Shown here piece by piece: positions 40,623 to 49,750 of a stretch of 64,000 nucleotides of DNA. Positions within the stretch are counted from its first letter, which is position 1; each line of letters begins with the position of its first letter. The position numbers and the translations under genes are program-made. The notes beneath the pieces are model-generated. The model worked only from the letters and a program-made list of their open reading frames with translations, was not told where the DNA came from and made no database searches. The stretch spans positions 1-64,000 of the IMG/VR virus record IMGVR_UViG_3300020473_000025; one strand, given 5' to 3'. This stretch comes from a virus (taxonomy: Duplodnaviria > Caudoviricetes).

Positions 40623-40823
40623 GCCGATTTTGACGGCGACGCTTTGAACATTCTCTTAATCACTGATAAAGAGATGATGCGTAAGATGTACCGACTGTCA
40701 CCCCATTATGGTATTTTATCGCTTCAAGAACCATCCAAGGTCTCTGGTTGCGTAGGTATGCCTAAACCGGTGGTAAGTACTATTGATAACTGGTTGAAGA
40801 AAGGTCCTAAAGTTCCAGCTTAA
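40623..40823 (+). CDS. nvRNAP beta' N-terminal subunit, exon 2 (ADFDGD catalytic motif)
   Basis: Encodes ADFDGDALN; no RBS of its own. Confidence 0.88.
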   Translation, partial: ADFDGDALNILLITDKEMMRKMYRLSPHYGILSLQEPSKVSGCVGMPKPVVSTIDNWLKKGPKVPA

Positions 40824-40928
40824 CCAGAATAAAAGGATTGGCGTGCAGAACGGATCTGCATGCTTTATTAAAACCTAATACGGTAATTGCTCTCATAGAG
40901 AGCTTCGTATTAAACAGGAGTCATTATA

Positions 40929-41363
40929 ATGGCACGTAAGAAAAGTATCTACACCGTAGATCAAAAGAGACAACTCACCACCACACGTATGTTGATACGT
41001 CTAGCCATGCAACGTAAAACTATTTACTATAGTGAGTTAGCTGAGCGTTTAGGGTACAATGTACCGAACATGGCGTTAGGTAAGGTGTTAAGTCCGACGC
41101 TTGAGCGGGTTAACCAGTGGTGTTGGGAGCGACAGCAGCCATGGCTTACCGCGTTGGTCGTTAGAAGCTCAGGGAACCATACAGGGCTTCCTGGTGAAGG
41201 TTTCTTTAATGAGATGCAAGAGCTAGGTGCGTATACCCCTGAAGTTGATACCCACAAGGTACGTCGTGCTTGGGCTGAGCCGTATATTAAAAGTATATGG
41301 GATTTCTGGGGTCCTGATGATAGTGATATTTTGTGTAAGGCACGTGTGCTATCACCAACATAA
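40929..41363 (+). CDS. Putative winged-helix / nucleic-acid-binding protein
   Basis: AGGAG RBS; YSELA..LG...P.LTALVV.....G.PGEGF pattern. Confidence 0.55.
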   Translation: MARKKSIYTVDQKRQLTTTRMLIRLAMQRKTIYYSELAERLGYNVPNMALGKVLSPTLERVNQWCWERQQPWLTALVVRSSGNHTGLPGEGFFNEMQELGAYTPEVDTHKVRRAWAEPYIKSIWDFWGPDDSDILCKARVLSPT

Positions 41364-41380
41364 ATAGAAAGTATAAAGAT

Positions 41381-41418
41381 TGGGAGCCAGGGCTCCCATC
41401 TATGCCGTATTCTTTTTT
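41381..41418 (+). terminator. Hairpin + TATGCCGT + T-run
   Basis: TGGGAGCC-loop-GGCTCCCA TC TATGCCGTATTCTTTTTT; same tail as at 5557. Confidence 0.7.
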
Positions 41419-41439
41419 ATCAATTTAACCCGATTACAG

Positions 41440-41450
41440 ACCTATATTAC
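41440..41450 (+). promoter_or_regulatory. Early promoter motif ACCTATATTAC
   Basis: Exact motif. Confidence 0.75.
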
Positions 41451-41474
41451 CAACGTGTTAATAAACTATATATA

Positions 41475-41882
41475 GTGAGAACACCCATGTCTGTTATTGA
41501 TAATTTACTTACGACGTTTAAACGCCGCAGCTTTAAACGTAGTGCTCGTACCCACTTACCTGCTATGAGTTACATTGTAAATAGCATCAACTATGATGTT
41601 AGCAATGTGGTAGGTTATTTTACTATTGATACTGTAGTGTATCTAGGAGACAGCAGTATAAAAGAGACGGTAGATGTCTTTAGTCCAGAAACCCTCACAT
41701 TAGAAAACGACCCCCTAGATACTTATGCGTGGTTAGTAAGTTATCTCCAAGCATACGTTAGACGTGGGTCTACTAACCTGATTGTTATAGACAAACTTAT
41801 GGATCAAGAAAACCATTCTCGGTTTGTTAATCTGTGTAGTGCCTATTCGGTTAAGTTACTTATCCGAAAACCCATCATTTAA
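41475..41882 (+). CDS. Hypothetical early protein
   Basis: ORF after an early motif; contains LIVID. Confidence 0.65.
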   Translation: MRTPMSVIDNLLTTFKRRSFKRSARTHLPAMSYIVNSINYDVSNVVGYFTIDTVVYLGDSSIKETVDVFSPETLTLENDPLDTYAWLVSYLQAYVRRGSTNLIVIDKLMDQENHSRFVNLCSAYSVKLLIRKPII

Positions 41883-41904
41883 AGTAAAATAAAGGAACCC
41901 TTTT

Positions 41905-42312
41905 ATGTTAGATTTATCTCAACCGTGTGTATTGAACATCAGCTTCGCAAGTTTGCTAAAACGTCTTGAGTTTGACACACCTATGGGGTGGATAACCCAA
42001 CCTACCTTTAACATCAACCTACCCTACCCTGTAGACTTTAAAACTATCGGTGTGTATATAGAGCAGACTATACAAAAGGTAGAAGCAGTGCCGCTAGCTA
42101 ACGATGCAACATATCAAGAAATAGCAAATCTGGCTAACGAGCGTCTTGAGAAAATGGCGCTTGAGTTTGACCGTGAGGAGCTAGTAAAGAATCTTGAAGC
42201 CCAGATGGAGTTAGAGTTAAAATCTCTTCGGTTAATATATGAAGTAGATGTTAACCGGACGGGTATGATTATATCAATCGAAATAGCGTCCCGTGACGAT
42301 CTAGAACAATAA
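41905..42312 (+). CDS. Hypothetical protein
   Basis: AAGGA RBS. Confidence 0.7.
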   Translation: MLDLSQPCVLNISFASLLKRLEFDTPMGWITQPTFNINLPYPVDFKTIGVYIEQTIQKVEAVPLANDATYQEIANLANERLEKMALEFDREELVKNLEAQMELELKSLRLIYEVDVNRTGMIISIEIASRDDLEQ

Positions 42313-42319
42313 TCCGTTT

Positions 42320-42363
42320 AAGCTAGGTGGATGATCCACCTAGCTCTTTACTATTTATTTTTT
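42320..42363 (+). terminator. Intrinsic-type terminator
   Basis: AGCTAGGTGGAT/ATCCACCTAGCT hairpin followed by a T-rich tract. Confidence 0.65.
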
Positions 42364-42385
42364 TGATATTCTTAAGGTAATTACA

Positions 42386-43471
42386 ATGAAGACAGTAGCA
42401 GGCGTTCTGCGGAGCGGTATACGTGAAGAAGAAATAAGTGTAGAAACATTCAACGATATTGCTATATCGCAAGAAGTACTACATGAGCACGAGCTTAATC
42501 TATCGGATTTTAACGTCTCAGAAGAAGGATTAGTTGAACGCCTTAAGCTGATTAAAGAAAGCTTAGGTTCAAATATCCGTTTCATGACCGGTAATCTAAC
42601 ACAGCATATTAAACATGCTAAGAAGTTAGAAGATCGCCTCTCTCTGATTCAAGGAGAAACAAAGGGTGAGATAAAGGCCAAGAGTGAATTGGGCTTCATT
42701 CTACCCAAAGACGGCACTGTTGATAACGTAATTGATCAATTTGCGTACTTAACGAGCCTGGCAGAAGACATTAATACAGTGACGTCATCTTTCTTAAAGG
42801 CCGGTGCTGTTGCAAGTGACAAAGCGCTAGTTAGCAATCTAGCATTAATCTTTGGCGGTTATGGTATTGCTATAAATAAAGCGGTAGTACTTTCTAAAGG
42901 TGACGAGTTAAAAGACTTCCATAAGCTGATAAAGAATATAACAAGTGCTTTGGATTTAAAACCTTTAAAGAAAAACATCACTAAAGAAATGGAAGTGACT
43001 AAGCATGGGGTGGTTGGAGTAGCGCCGCTACTTGCTAGCGATAGAGCGTTGTGTATGAAAGAATATGGTACGTTAGACTCTTTAGAGCTAGTGCGCTATT
43101 TCGTTGGTGTGGCAAACAACCTTAAAGGCTCAGCACCTACAACAATGCCCGCTCTTACCAAAGCAGAATGTCTAACAGTGGTTAAGGCTGTCAAAGAGAA
43201 CCAGAAAGACTTAGAGGTTATGATTAACTCACTAAGAGAAGTATCAAAGAATCTGATACCTGCTCTTCACGTCTATGAGAACAATAGTATCTTGGAAGTG
43301 GCGTTATCAGGTATGGTTGACCGCGTTAACGTTAAAGGTGAATCCGGTAGTCTAATTCGCTTCATCTTGAAGGGTTGTCAGGAGCCTGCGTTGCGCTACG
43401 TTAATCTTTATAACCGCATTTCTGGTCTGATGTTGTCTATTGTAGAAAAATCTATAAAAACAGCTCTCTAA
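42386..43471 (+). CDS. Putative internal head protein with propeptide
   Basis: Acidic N-terminus with SVE, SQE and SEE candidate cleavage sites, followed by a helical body. Confidence 0.5.
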   Translation: MKTVAGVLRSGIREEEISVETFNDIAISQEVLHEHELNLSDFNVSEEGLVERLKLIKESLGSNIRFMTGNLTQHIKHAKKLEDRLSLIQGETKGEIKAKSELGFILPKDGTVDNVIDQFAYLTSLAEDINTVTSSFLKAGAVASDKALVSNLALIFGGYGIAINKAVVLSKGDELKDFHKLIKNITSALDLKPLKKNITKEMEVTKHGVVGVAPLLASDRALCMKEYGTLDSLELVRYFVGVANNLKGSAPTTMPALTKAECLTVVKAVKENQKDLEVMINSLREVSKNLIPALHVYENNSILEVALSGMVDRVNVKGESGSLIRFILKGCQEPALRYVNLYNRISGLMLSIVEKSIKTAL

Positions 43472-43480
43472 GCGCATGGA

Positions 43481-43512
43481 AGGGCTAGACAGTAATCTAG
43501 CCCTCTTTTATT
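43481..43512 (+). terminator. Intrinsic-type terminator
   Basis: AGGGCTAGA-loop-TCTAGCCCT followed by CTTTTTATT. Confidence 0.65.
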
Positions 43513-43541
43513 ACTAAGTTCCAAAATGAGAGGAAGCTTAA

Positions 43542-43955
43542 ATGGACAAGTTCAATATACATGGAATCTTTGAAGCCCTTTGCTTTAACCCGTCGTATGA
43601 AGAGGCAGCTGGTATCACGTATCATGTAGGCTTAATCATGGCGGCTAAAGAAACAACCTTTAGAGGTGCGGAGACGCTACGTAGCGTAGTACATGACGGG
43701 CCGTTAGATAGCGAATCAGTACCTAGCAAGGTTGAGCAGGGTTGGTTGCTTGAAAAGGATATGGTAGAGCAAATTTCAGTTGACGGTAAGCAAGGTTTTC
43801 AAAGTGCAACACCTAAAGGTCAGGCCGTTTGTAAAGTCTTAGATGTTGCTAAACACTTAAGTGAAATACGACCTATCGATGTTGTACGTGCGGTTAATAC
43901 CTATTTAAAAGAACCATCGTATGTATATACCCCTAATTTAAGTAAGGAATGTTAA
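43542..43955 (+). CDS. Hypothetical phage protein
   Basis: GAGG RBS; GPLDS..VPSK ... G.Q.AT.KG pattern. Confidence 0.65.
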   Translation: MDKFNIHGIFEALCFNPSYEEAAGITYHVGLIMAAKETTFRGAETLRSVVHDGPLDSESVPSKVEQGWLLEKDMVEQISVDGKQGFQSATPKGQAVCKVLDVAKHLSEIRPIDVVRAVNTYLKEPSYVYTPNLSKEC

Positions 43956-44773
43956 CGATGGTTATCCCAGGTAAACTCTCTTTAAAGACACTAGCAGTTA
44001 TTGCCTCGGTGGAAGCTAAAGCTGAAAGTAAGTCTTTTTTTAATCGAATCCCTCAGTTCTTAGAACAGTTACGTGAAAAGGTTGCAAGTGACATCACTAT
44101 GACTAAAGGGGAAAGTCCTAGTGAACAGCTAAACCCGAAAGCATTCACTAAGATGCTTAAGGATGTTAACTACGCGACAATCTCAGAGCTTGCTGTCTTT
44201 AGACCAACCGGTATGCGTGGTGGTTATCAAGACTACGTAGAGATGCTGGCTGAGTTTCAAGAGCAGATTGGTGGAATTGAAGAGCGCTTACTTACACCAT
44301 TGAAACGTACCGTTGCTCAAATGCTGGTAGAGCCTAAACGTTTATCTCAGGCATTCCCGGTCAATTATAAAGTGGTTGACATAGAAAAACTTCAGAAGTT
44401 ATTTAACAAAGAAGTAGATCTTCAAGACTCAGGTGACAAGATTACCTATAGTGATGCAGTTAACCGCAATAAAGACTGGGAAGGTATTGTATCTACAGTA
44501 AACCTGTTAGATGATCAATATCAAAGAGAGCCTAATAGCGATATCTTAAAATCAGTAGGTGAGTTAACAGAACACATCAATCTGTTGATCCAGCGTATTG
44601 GCGATCAGCCTGACGTTTATGTAGTTAAAGGTACGACCTTATCTGCACTGGTAGATGCTACCTATCAAGCAGCTAAAGAAGTTGAACTCTACGCTGCACA
44701 TGGCTTTAACCTAGCCACTACCAAGAAAGCATTAGTTGACAGCTATCGTCAAGTTAAAGAAGCTATCGAATAA
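43949..44773 (+). CDS. Hypothetical protein, possibly a head protein (N-terminal ASVE site)
   Basis: 274 aa; AAGGA RBS. Confidence 0.6.
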   Translation: MLTMVIPGKLSLKTLAVIASVEAKAESKSFFNRIPQFLEQLREKVASDITMTKGESPSEQLNPKAFTKMLKDVNYATISELAVFRPTGMRGGYQDYVEMLAEFQEQIGGIEERLLTPLKRTVAQMLVEPKRLSQAFPVNYKVVDIEKLQKLFNKEVDLQDSGDKITYSDAVNRNKDWEGIVSTVNLLDDQYQREPNSDILKSVGELTEHINLLIQRIGDQPDVYVVKGTTLSALVDATYQAAKEVELYAAHGFNLATTKKALVDSYRQVKEAIE

Positions 44774-44780
44774 AGTACTG

Positions 44781-44815
44781 CACCTAGAGTCAGATGACTC
44801 TAGGTGTTATGCCGT
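44781..44815 (+). terminator. Hairpin + TATGCCGT element
   Basis: CACCTAGAGTCA/TGACTCTAGGTG T TATGCCGT; no U-tract. Confidence 0.65.
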
Positions 44816-44946
44816 CGTGTAAATTTATACACCGGAACGAGTATAATATGACCTACCCTATGACATCACTAAACGCATTACCTGCTCAGACAAGCATCTA
44901 TGCCCATATGCCATAGTGTGGAAAAAGCCATTCAACGTAATTTCAA

Positions 44947-44957
44947 CTATACATTAT
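44947..44957 (+). promoter_or_regulatory. Possible early promoter variant CTATACATTAT
   Basis: Shares the TACATTAT core with 50529 and 55352. Confidence 0.4.
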
Positions 44958-45016
44958 CTAATGGACTAAACTAACATGCCATCGTCTTAAACGAGAACAT
45001 TACTAAAGAGGTTAAC

Positions 45017-45475
45017 ATGAAAAATACATTTAAACCGATCCTTCAAGATCACAAACAAGTGAGTACTTTACTTTCGTCATTACCTAAAGGTGACGACAGT
45101 GATGCAATACATATCCAGGCCCTCAACCCTGAAGCAATGAACAGAGGTCCGCAAGATGTTGTTATTATTTGCGATGCAGTAGGTTACACAGATGCGTTGA
45201 TAAATGCATTTAAAGGTTTACATGGATTATTTACTCACCATGTTCCTCTCACCGCACGTGAAGTAATGAGTGAAATCAACAACACCGTTAATCCGGGTAA
45301 GTTGAACTTCACATTCCTACCTATTGATGCTAAGACCATCACCCAGCAGGAATTCATCGAAGCATTGCATGCTAAAGCCATTGATAGTCAGACCAAAGAT
45401 CTGCAGTTAGTAACTATCGATTACTTAAAACAATTAGACGAAAAAGATATGGCATTCATTTTCAAGAGTGCCTAA
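45017..45475 (+). CDS. Hypothetical protein with a DnaB-like LVTIDYL segment
   Basis: GAGG RBS. Confidence 0.65.
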   Translation: MKNTFKPILQDHKQVSTLLSSLPKGDDSDAIHIQALNPEAMNRGPQDVVIICDAVGYTDALINAFKGLHGLFTHHVPLTAREVMSEINNTVNPGKLNFTFLPIDAKTITQQEFIEALHAKAIDSQTKDLQLVTIDYLKQLDEKDMAFIFKSA

Positions 45476-45476
45476 T

Positions 45477-45511
45477 GGATGGGGTGGGGCGACCTGCCCT
45501 ATCTATGCCGT
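45477..45511 (+). terminator. Hairpin + TATGCCGT element
   Basis: GATGGGGTGGG-GCGA-CCTGCCCTATC TATGCCGT; no U-tract. Confidence 0.6.
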
Positions 45512-45588
45512 AAAGGACACGCTATCAAAACTTACATGCTAGTGTTACTTTATGAAACCCTTTAACCTAAATTTCAAGGAGCTAATCT

Positions 45589-46200
45589 ATGCCTGTGATT
45601 ATAGAAGGCGGCGACGAAACATTCAGAGCCGTGGCCTATACTCCACCAAGCCCGTCCCTAACCGGGTTCTTATCTCAGCAACTAGATCAGTTCTCAGCTC
45701 AGATTCACCAAGGTGCACAACACTACGTTGATTTAGCACGCCAGACTTTTGACTCATTTAACAGTTCAGAAGCAATGCGTTTAGCTAAAGCGGTGCGACG
45801 TAAAGTAGACAGCCTGTGGACACGTGAGGGTATTTTTGCAATGACTGATATCGGTCAAATACAAAATGCCAACCTGACCATGCAGCGGTGGATTATGGCA
45901 GAGCCAACTATTCGTAACATGTACCATCAGCAGCGCTGTGAGGGCTTTGCTGATAGCTATATGGATATGCATCCAGGGGATGTAGGTGAGAACCATTACG
46001 ATTACCGCAGGGTGATGGACGGCTTGGTCGTAGAGCAAGAAGATGAGCTAGTAAGTGTCCAATACTTTGATGAGGTCCATGACGGTGACGAGCTTGATAT
46101 CGACGAGCAGGTAGCCATCTTACGTACTTGGGATAGTATCAAAAATGCTATTCACGAGAACAAAGAAGATCCTACCAGTCCCTTCAATGCGAGCCTGTAA
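45589..46200 (+). CDS. Conserved phiKZ-like core protein
   Basis: AAGGAG RBS; MQRWIMA.P ... YDYRRVMDG ... DPTS pattern. Confidence 0.65.
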   Translation: MPVIIEGGDETFRAVAYTPPSPSLTGFLSQQLDQFSAQIHQGAQHYVDLARQTFDSFNSSEAMRLAKAVRRKVDSLWTREGIFAMTDIGQIQNANLTMQRWIMAEPTIRNMYHQQRCEGFADSYMDMHPGDVGENHYDYRRVMDGLVVEQEDELVSVQYFDEVHDGDELDIDEQVAILRTWDSIKNAIHENKEDPTSPFNASL

Positions 46201-46210
46201 TAATAAATCT

Positions 46211-46238
46211 AAAGGTGGGCTTCGGTCCATCTTTTTTT
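46211..46238 (+). terminator. UUCG hairpin intrinsic terminator
   Basis: AAAGGTGGGC-TTCG-GTCCATCTTTTTTT. Confidence 0.75.
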
Positions 46239-46254
46239 GTTAAGGATACTAGTA

Positions 46255-46656
46255 ATGTCACAAAAAGTCCTACCTACCCTTACGGTTGATGGCTTTGTAA
46301 AAACAGTCCCTCAAACGTGCGACTACCTGTTGGCTTATTTCTTTTTAAGTCAATACTCACAAAGCAATATGTATTATGGTAAAATATCATCACTAGCCTA
46401 CATTATACAAGAACACGGTCATGACGAGCAAACCATGCTGTTGCGTATTCAAAGTACATTAACAACATTGTTTAATCGTTACTTTGATTCAGTAGAAGCC
46501 TCTGCAAGTATAGACAGAGATAAGGATAACGCTGCGCAGTATGAGATTATAACGAATCTAAATGTACGGCGTGGTAATGTTAGTTATAGCGTAGGGCGAC
46601 AAGTTAGTCTAATTAACTCTGTAGTGCAGAAAATCGTGGAATTAAATAATGGATAA
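46255..46656 (+). CDS. Conserved phiKZ-like protein (size and pattern reminiscent of gp25-type baseplate proteins)
   Basis: AAGGA RBS before ATG 46255; the function is a weak guess. Confidence 0.5.
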   Translation: MSQKVLPTLTVDGFVKTVPQTCDYLLAYFFLSQYSQSNMYYGKISSLAYIIQEHGHDEQTMLLRIQSTLTTLFNRYFDSVEASASIDRDKDNAAQYEIITNLNVRRGNVSYSVGRQVSLINSVVQKIVELNNG

Positions 46657-47218
46657 TTCAAAATCAAAACAGCAAGAGATTAATGACAATATCTTGCTAA
46701 ACAGTCATGTACGTGATGCCATGAAGGTGTTGAACGAAGCGGTGGAAGAACACCCTACTATTGAGTTGGATTTGTTTGTTCGTACTTTCTTACCCGCCAT
46801 AGGTCAAGAGCACGATGAAGCGTTAAACATGGGGCCGTGGTTAACAGTAGCAAAAGGCCCTTACAATCCAGTTGATGTTGTTAGTAACGGGCAAGTGGTC
46901 TTTACTGTACCACCGTTATTAAATCGCCGACACACCCGTATCAACGAGCGTAGTCAAGATTCATTAACTACCCTTGCTGTTGTAGCTCAACAGAAATCAG
47001 ATGCTCACCCACTTATGGGTCAAACTTATCTACGAAATGGTCTGATGAACTACGTAGGTAAAACACGTGTTAATCCTAACGCATTGGCAGAGTGGAATCG
47101 TGTATTGACTAAATATGGTTACGAGCCAATAGAAACAGAAGCCGTGCCTGAATCAGTCAAACCCGCCTCTGTATCAACTGCATCTCTGTACGACCCTGAT
47201 GATGTGGATGAATTATAA
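46649..47218 (+). CDS. Conserved phiKZ-like protein
   Basis: W..VA.GPY..VDV......VFTVPPL pattern; acidic tail. Confidence 0.6.
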   Translation: MDNSKSKQQEINDNILLNSHVRDAMKVLNEAVEEHPTIELDLFVRTFLPAIGQEHDEALNMGPWLTVAKGPYNPVDVVSNGQVVFTVPPLLNRRHTRINERSQDSLTTLAVVAQQKSDAHPLMGQTYLRNGLMNYVGKTRVNPNALAEWNRVLTKYGYEPIETEAVPESVKPASVSTASLYDPDDVDEL

Positions 47219-47231
47219 GGATGTATAGCCT

Positions 47232-48377
47232 ATGCGTAGCAAAGGTAAACACTTAGAGATAGCTTGTCTGTCTGATATACACCTAGGGCATGGTTTAGTC
47301 CCTACCAGCGATATTATCAATCGACTGTATAAAGCATTACCTAACAATACTGAGTCTGATAAACTAGACATTATATTCCTTGCAGGTGATGTTTTTGATA
47401 AACTGTTATTTCTACCTGACGCACCAGTATTAGATATTCAGATTTGGATAGCCGATTTGTTTGAGTTGTGTCATCGTCACAACATCGCACTTCGGGTATT
47501 AGAAGGCACGCCTAGTCACGACCGTGGGCAGGGTAAGCAGTTTGAAATGATTTACTTGACGGTAGGGTATGATAGGGATGATAAGTTCGTTGACTTTAAA
47601 TACATTCCTACATTGTCTATTGAATACATTGAGTTATTAGATATCAATGTACTCTACGTGCCAGATGAGTGGGACCACGACCCTGATATAACTTGGGAGT
47701 CAGTAAAGAACTTGCTGAAAGATCAAGGGTTAGAGCAAGTAGACTTTGCAGTCATGCATGGTAACTTCGAGTATCATCTACCTGACCATCTTAAAATACC
47801 CTGCCATCAGTCAGAACGTTATCTAGAAGTTGTTAAACATTATATCTTTATAGGTCACTTTCATACACACAGCGTGTATGATCGCATCATTACACAGGGG
47901 TCGTTTGATCGACTAGGGCATGGTGAAGAAGAACCTAAAGGTCACGTGAGGGTCAGGGTTAGCGAAGACGGCAATCACGATCGTGTTGAGTTTAGAATCA
48001 ATCATGATGCCACCATGTTTGTTACTATAGATGCAACCGGCATGGATGCAGCTGCGGTAATTAACAAAATCAAAGCACAGGACAACCTACCTAAGGGTAG
48101 TCACGTGCGTATTCAATGTACTAACGATGGTGATGTTAAAAACGCCATTAGTACACTTAGGGAACATTTTCCACACTACACAATGAAACTAAAAGTTGTC
48201 AGTGAGGAGAAAGTCGTTAACAGTGACGTTACAGGGTTAACCGCTAAGTATGAAGCGGTGGAAATATCATCTTCTAACGTCACTAAACTATTAGAAGAAA
48301 AATGCATAACCATGGGGTTAGATACTAACCGTATCGAACAGGTTAAAGCATTATTAGATAGAGTACAAGCCCAATGA
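47232..48377 (+). CDS. sbcD: SbcD/Mre11-like metallophosphoesterase nuclease
   Basis: SDIHLG, AGDVFD, LEGTPSHD, MHG, GHFH and QGSFDRL motifs. Confidence 0.9.
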   Translation: MRSKGKHLEIACLSDIHLGHGLVPTSDIINRLYKALPNNTESDKLDIIFLAGDVFDKLLFLPDAPVLDIQIWIADLFELCHRHNIALRVLEGTPSHDRGQGKQFEMIYLTVGYDRDDKFVDFKYIPTLSIEYIELLDINVLYVPDEWDHDPDITWESVKNLLKDQGLEQVDFAVMHGNFEYHLPDHLKIPCHQSERYLEVVKHYIFIGHFHTHSVYDRIITQGSFDRLGHGEEEPKGHVRVRVSEDGNHDRVEFRINHDATMFVTIDATGMDAAAVINKIKAQDNLPKGSHVRIQCTNDGDVKNAISTLREHFPHYTMKLKVVSEEKVVNSDVTGLTAKYEAVEISSSNVTKLLEEKCITMGLDTNRIEQVKALLDRVQAQ

Positions 48378-48913
48378 AACCAGAAACAAGATTAAAAATA
48401 GCCCTTCACCATACTATCATTACGTGTTCTAATTTCAAAGACAAAGATATTGATAAAATCCTTATCATGTTATCGAATTGGGACCTTGAAGTGGGTAAAC
48501 CGGTAGGTGGTGTTTACAGTAAAGTAGATGTCCTTTTCCAAAAGACATTCCCAACCCCTGACTCACTTGTTGAGTTTATGGTGTCGGTAGAATACGGATA
48601 CATTAACCAGCACAATCTAAATCACTACAGAAACATCATTGAGTTCTTAATGAGAACGTATGGTGAGTCTTTAGAAAGCATGACTGAAGTCAAAACGTTT
48701 CTTAAAGCCATTGAGCGTAAAGCAGAAGGGCCAAAAGAAAACTATTGCTGGGATAGTAAAACAATATTACTGGATAAACCTGCTTATAAAAGCGAGATAG
48801 GGTGGTTGTTGTTAGGACCTGGATTTAAATTGCGTCAGGGTCAACTATCTAAAGAAGCAATGCACGCGCGTATAGATGCGTTGCTAGGAGAAAACAATGG
48901 ATCTAACACGTGA
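48374..48913 (+). CDS. Hypothetical protein, translationally coupled on both sides
   Basis: ATGA overlap with sbcD; overlaps the next start. Confidence 0.65.
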   Translation: MKPETRLKIALHHTIITCSNFKDKDIDKILIMLSNWDLEVGKPVGGVYSKVDVLFQKTFPTPDSLVEFMVSVEYGYINQHNLNHYRNIIEFLMRTYGESLESMTEVKTFLKAIERKAEGPKENYCWDSKTILLDKPAYKSEIGWLLLGPGFKLRQGQLSKEAMHARIDALLGENNGSNT

Positions 48914-49697
48914 GTTAGGTGAGTATGGTATTAACATAGGTACGTCAGTTGCTTTAGAAGAAGGGTTCAGTCAATTAGAGACGTTCCCTAAAACCTTTTG
49001 GGTAAACATACGTACCTTGCTCAGAAACACCTACGGTGCTATCAGCGATAACGTGGGTATTAGCGACATTGCTTTAATTGAAGCGATGTATGAAGAAATG
49101 GAAGGATTGGAAGCTGCTATTGTTGCATTGAGTAAGGAACAGACCTCTGTGATATTCTACCATACCTCACACGCGACAATAGATAAACAGTTTCCTAAAG
49201 CTCAGCTTAAGAAGTTAAAGACACCTGGACAGTTACAGTATCGTGTTATAGAACGTTCAGTGTGTAAGAAACTTCTTTCACAAAACACTAACATCCGCCA
49301 GTTTGACGTTGCTGTAAGAGGTGACAGTTCAACAGCCATGATGTTAAGTCATTACCCTATCGACTTGTTATCCCACACTTACTTTGATCGCCTAAGTCTT
49401 ATAGAGAGCCACACAGGTGCGATAAAGAAAAAGGACAAATGGAATACCAAGTTGACCGGGGGTAAGCAGTTAACTCACATGCCTTTCAACAGCATGACCT
49501 TACAGGTGTATGGGGATGGTGCAACTAATTTTAATACCATGCCCCACCGTATTAAAGTCACGCTTAATGAGTTAGCTAAGGAGAAACGCTGGCACGCGTT
49601 AACGACCAAAGATAAAATGCTGTATGATATCAACACCTTAACGGATAAGATAGCAGCCAGTTTTTACAAGCAACTGCTGGCTGTGAGTGTCAGATAA
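48897..49697 (+). CDS. Conserved phiKZ-like core protein (gp66-like)
   Basis: R..G.Y.I..GTS.ALE, W.N.RTL.RN, SHYP.DLL, L.ESHTG and W.TKL pattern. Confidence 0.65.
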   Translation: MDLTRELGEYGINIGTSVALEEGFSQLETFPKTFWVNIRTLLRNTYGAISDNVGISDIALIEAMYEEMEGLEAAIVALSKEQTSVIFYHTSHATIDKQFPKAQLKKLKTPGQLQYRVIERSVCKKLLSQNTNIRQFDVAVRGDSSTAMMLSHYPIDLLSHTYFDRLSLIESHTGAIKKKDKWNTKLTGGKQLTHMPFNSMTLQVYGDGATNFNTMPHRIKVTLNELAKEKRWHALTTKDKMLYDINTLTDKIAASFYKQLLAVSVR

Positions 49698-49750
49698 TAC
49701 ATAGACCAGCAATAACATGAAGACAAATTAGCCCATAAAGGAACCCTCTA

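Noticed and set aside
40611-40823. 70-aa ORF as an independent gene
   Set aside because: It has a TTG start with no RBS and is exon 2 of the nvRNAP beta' gene; its first codons belong to the intron.
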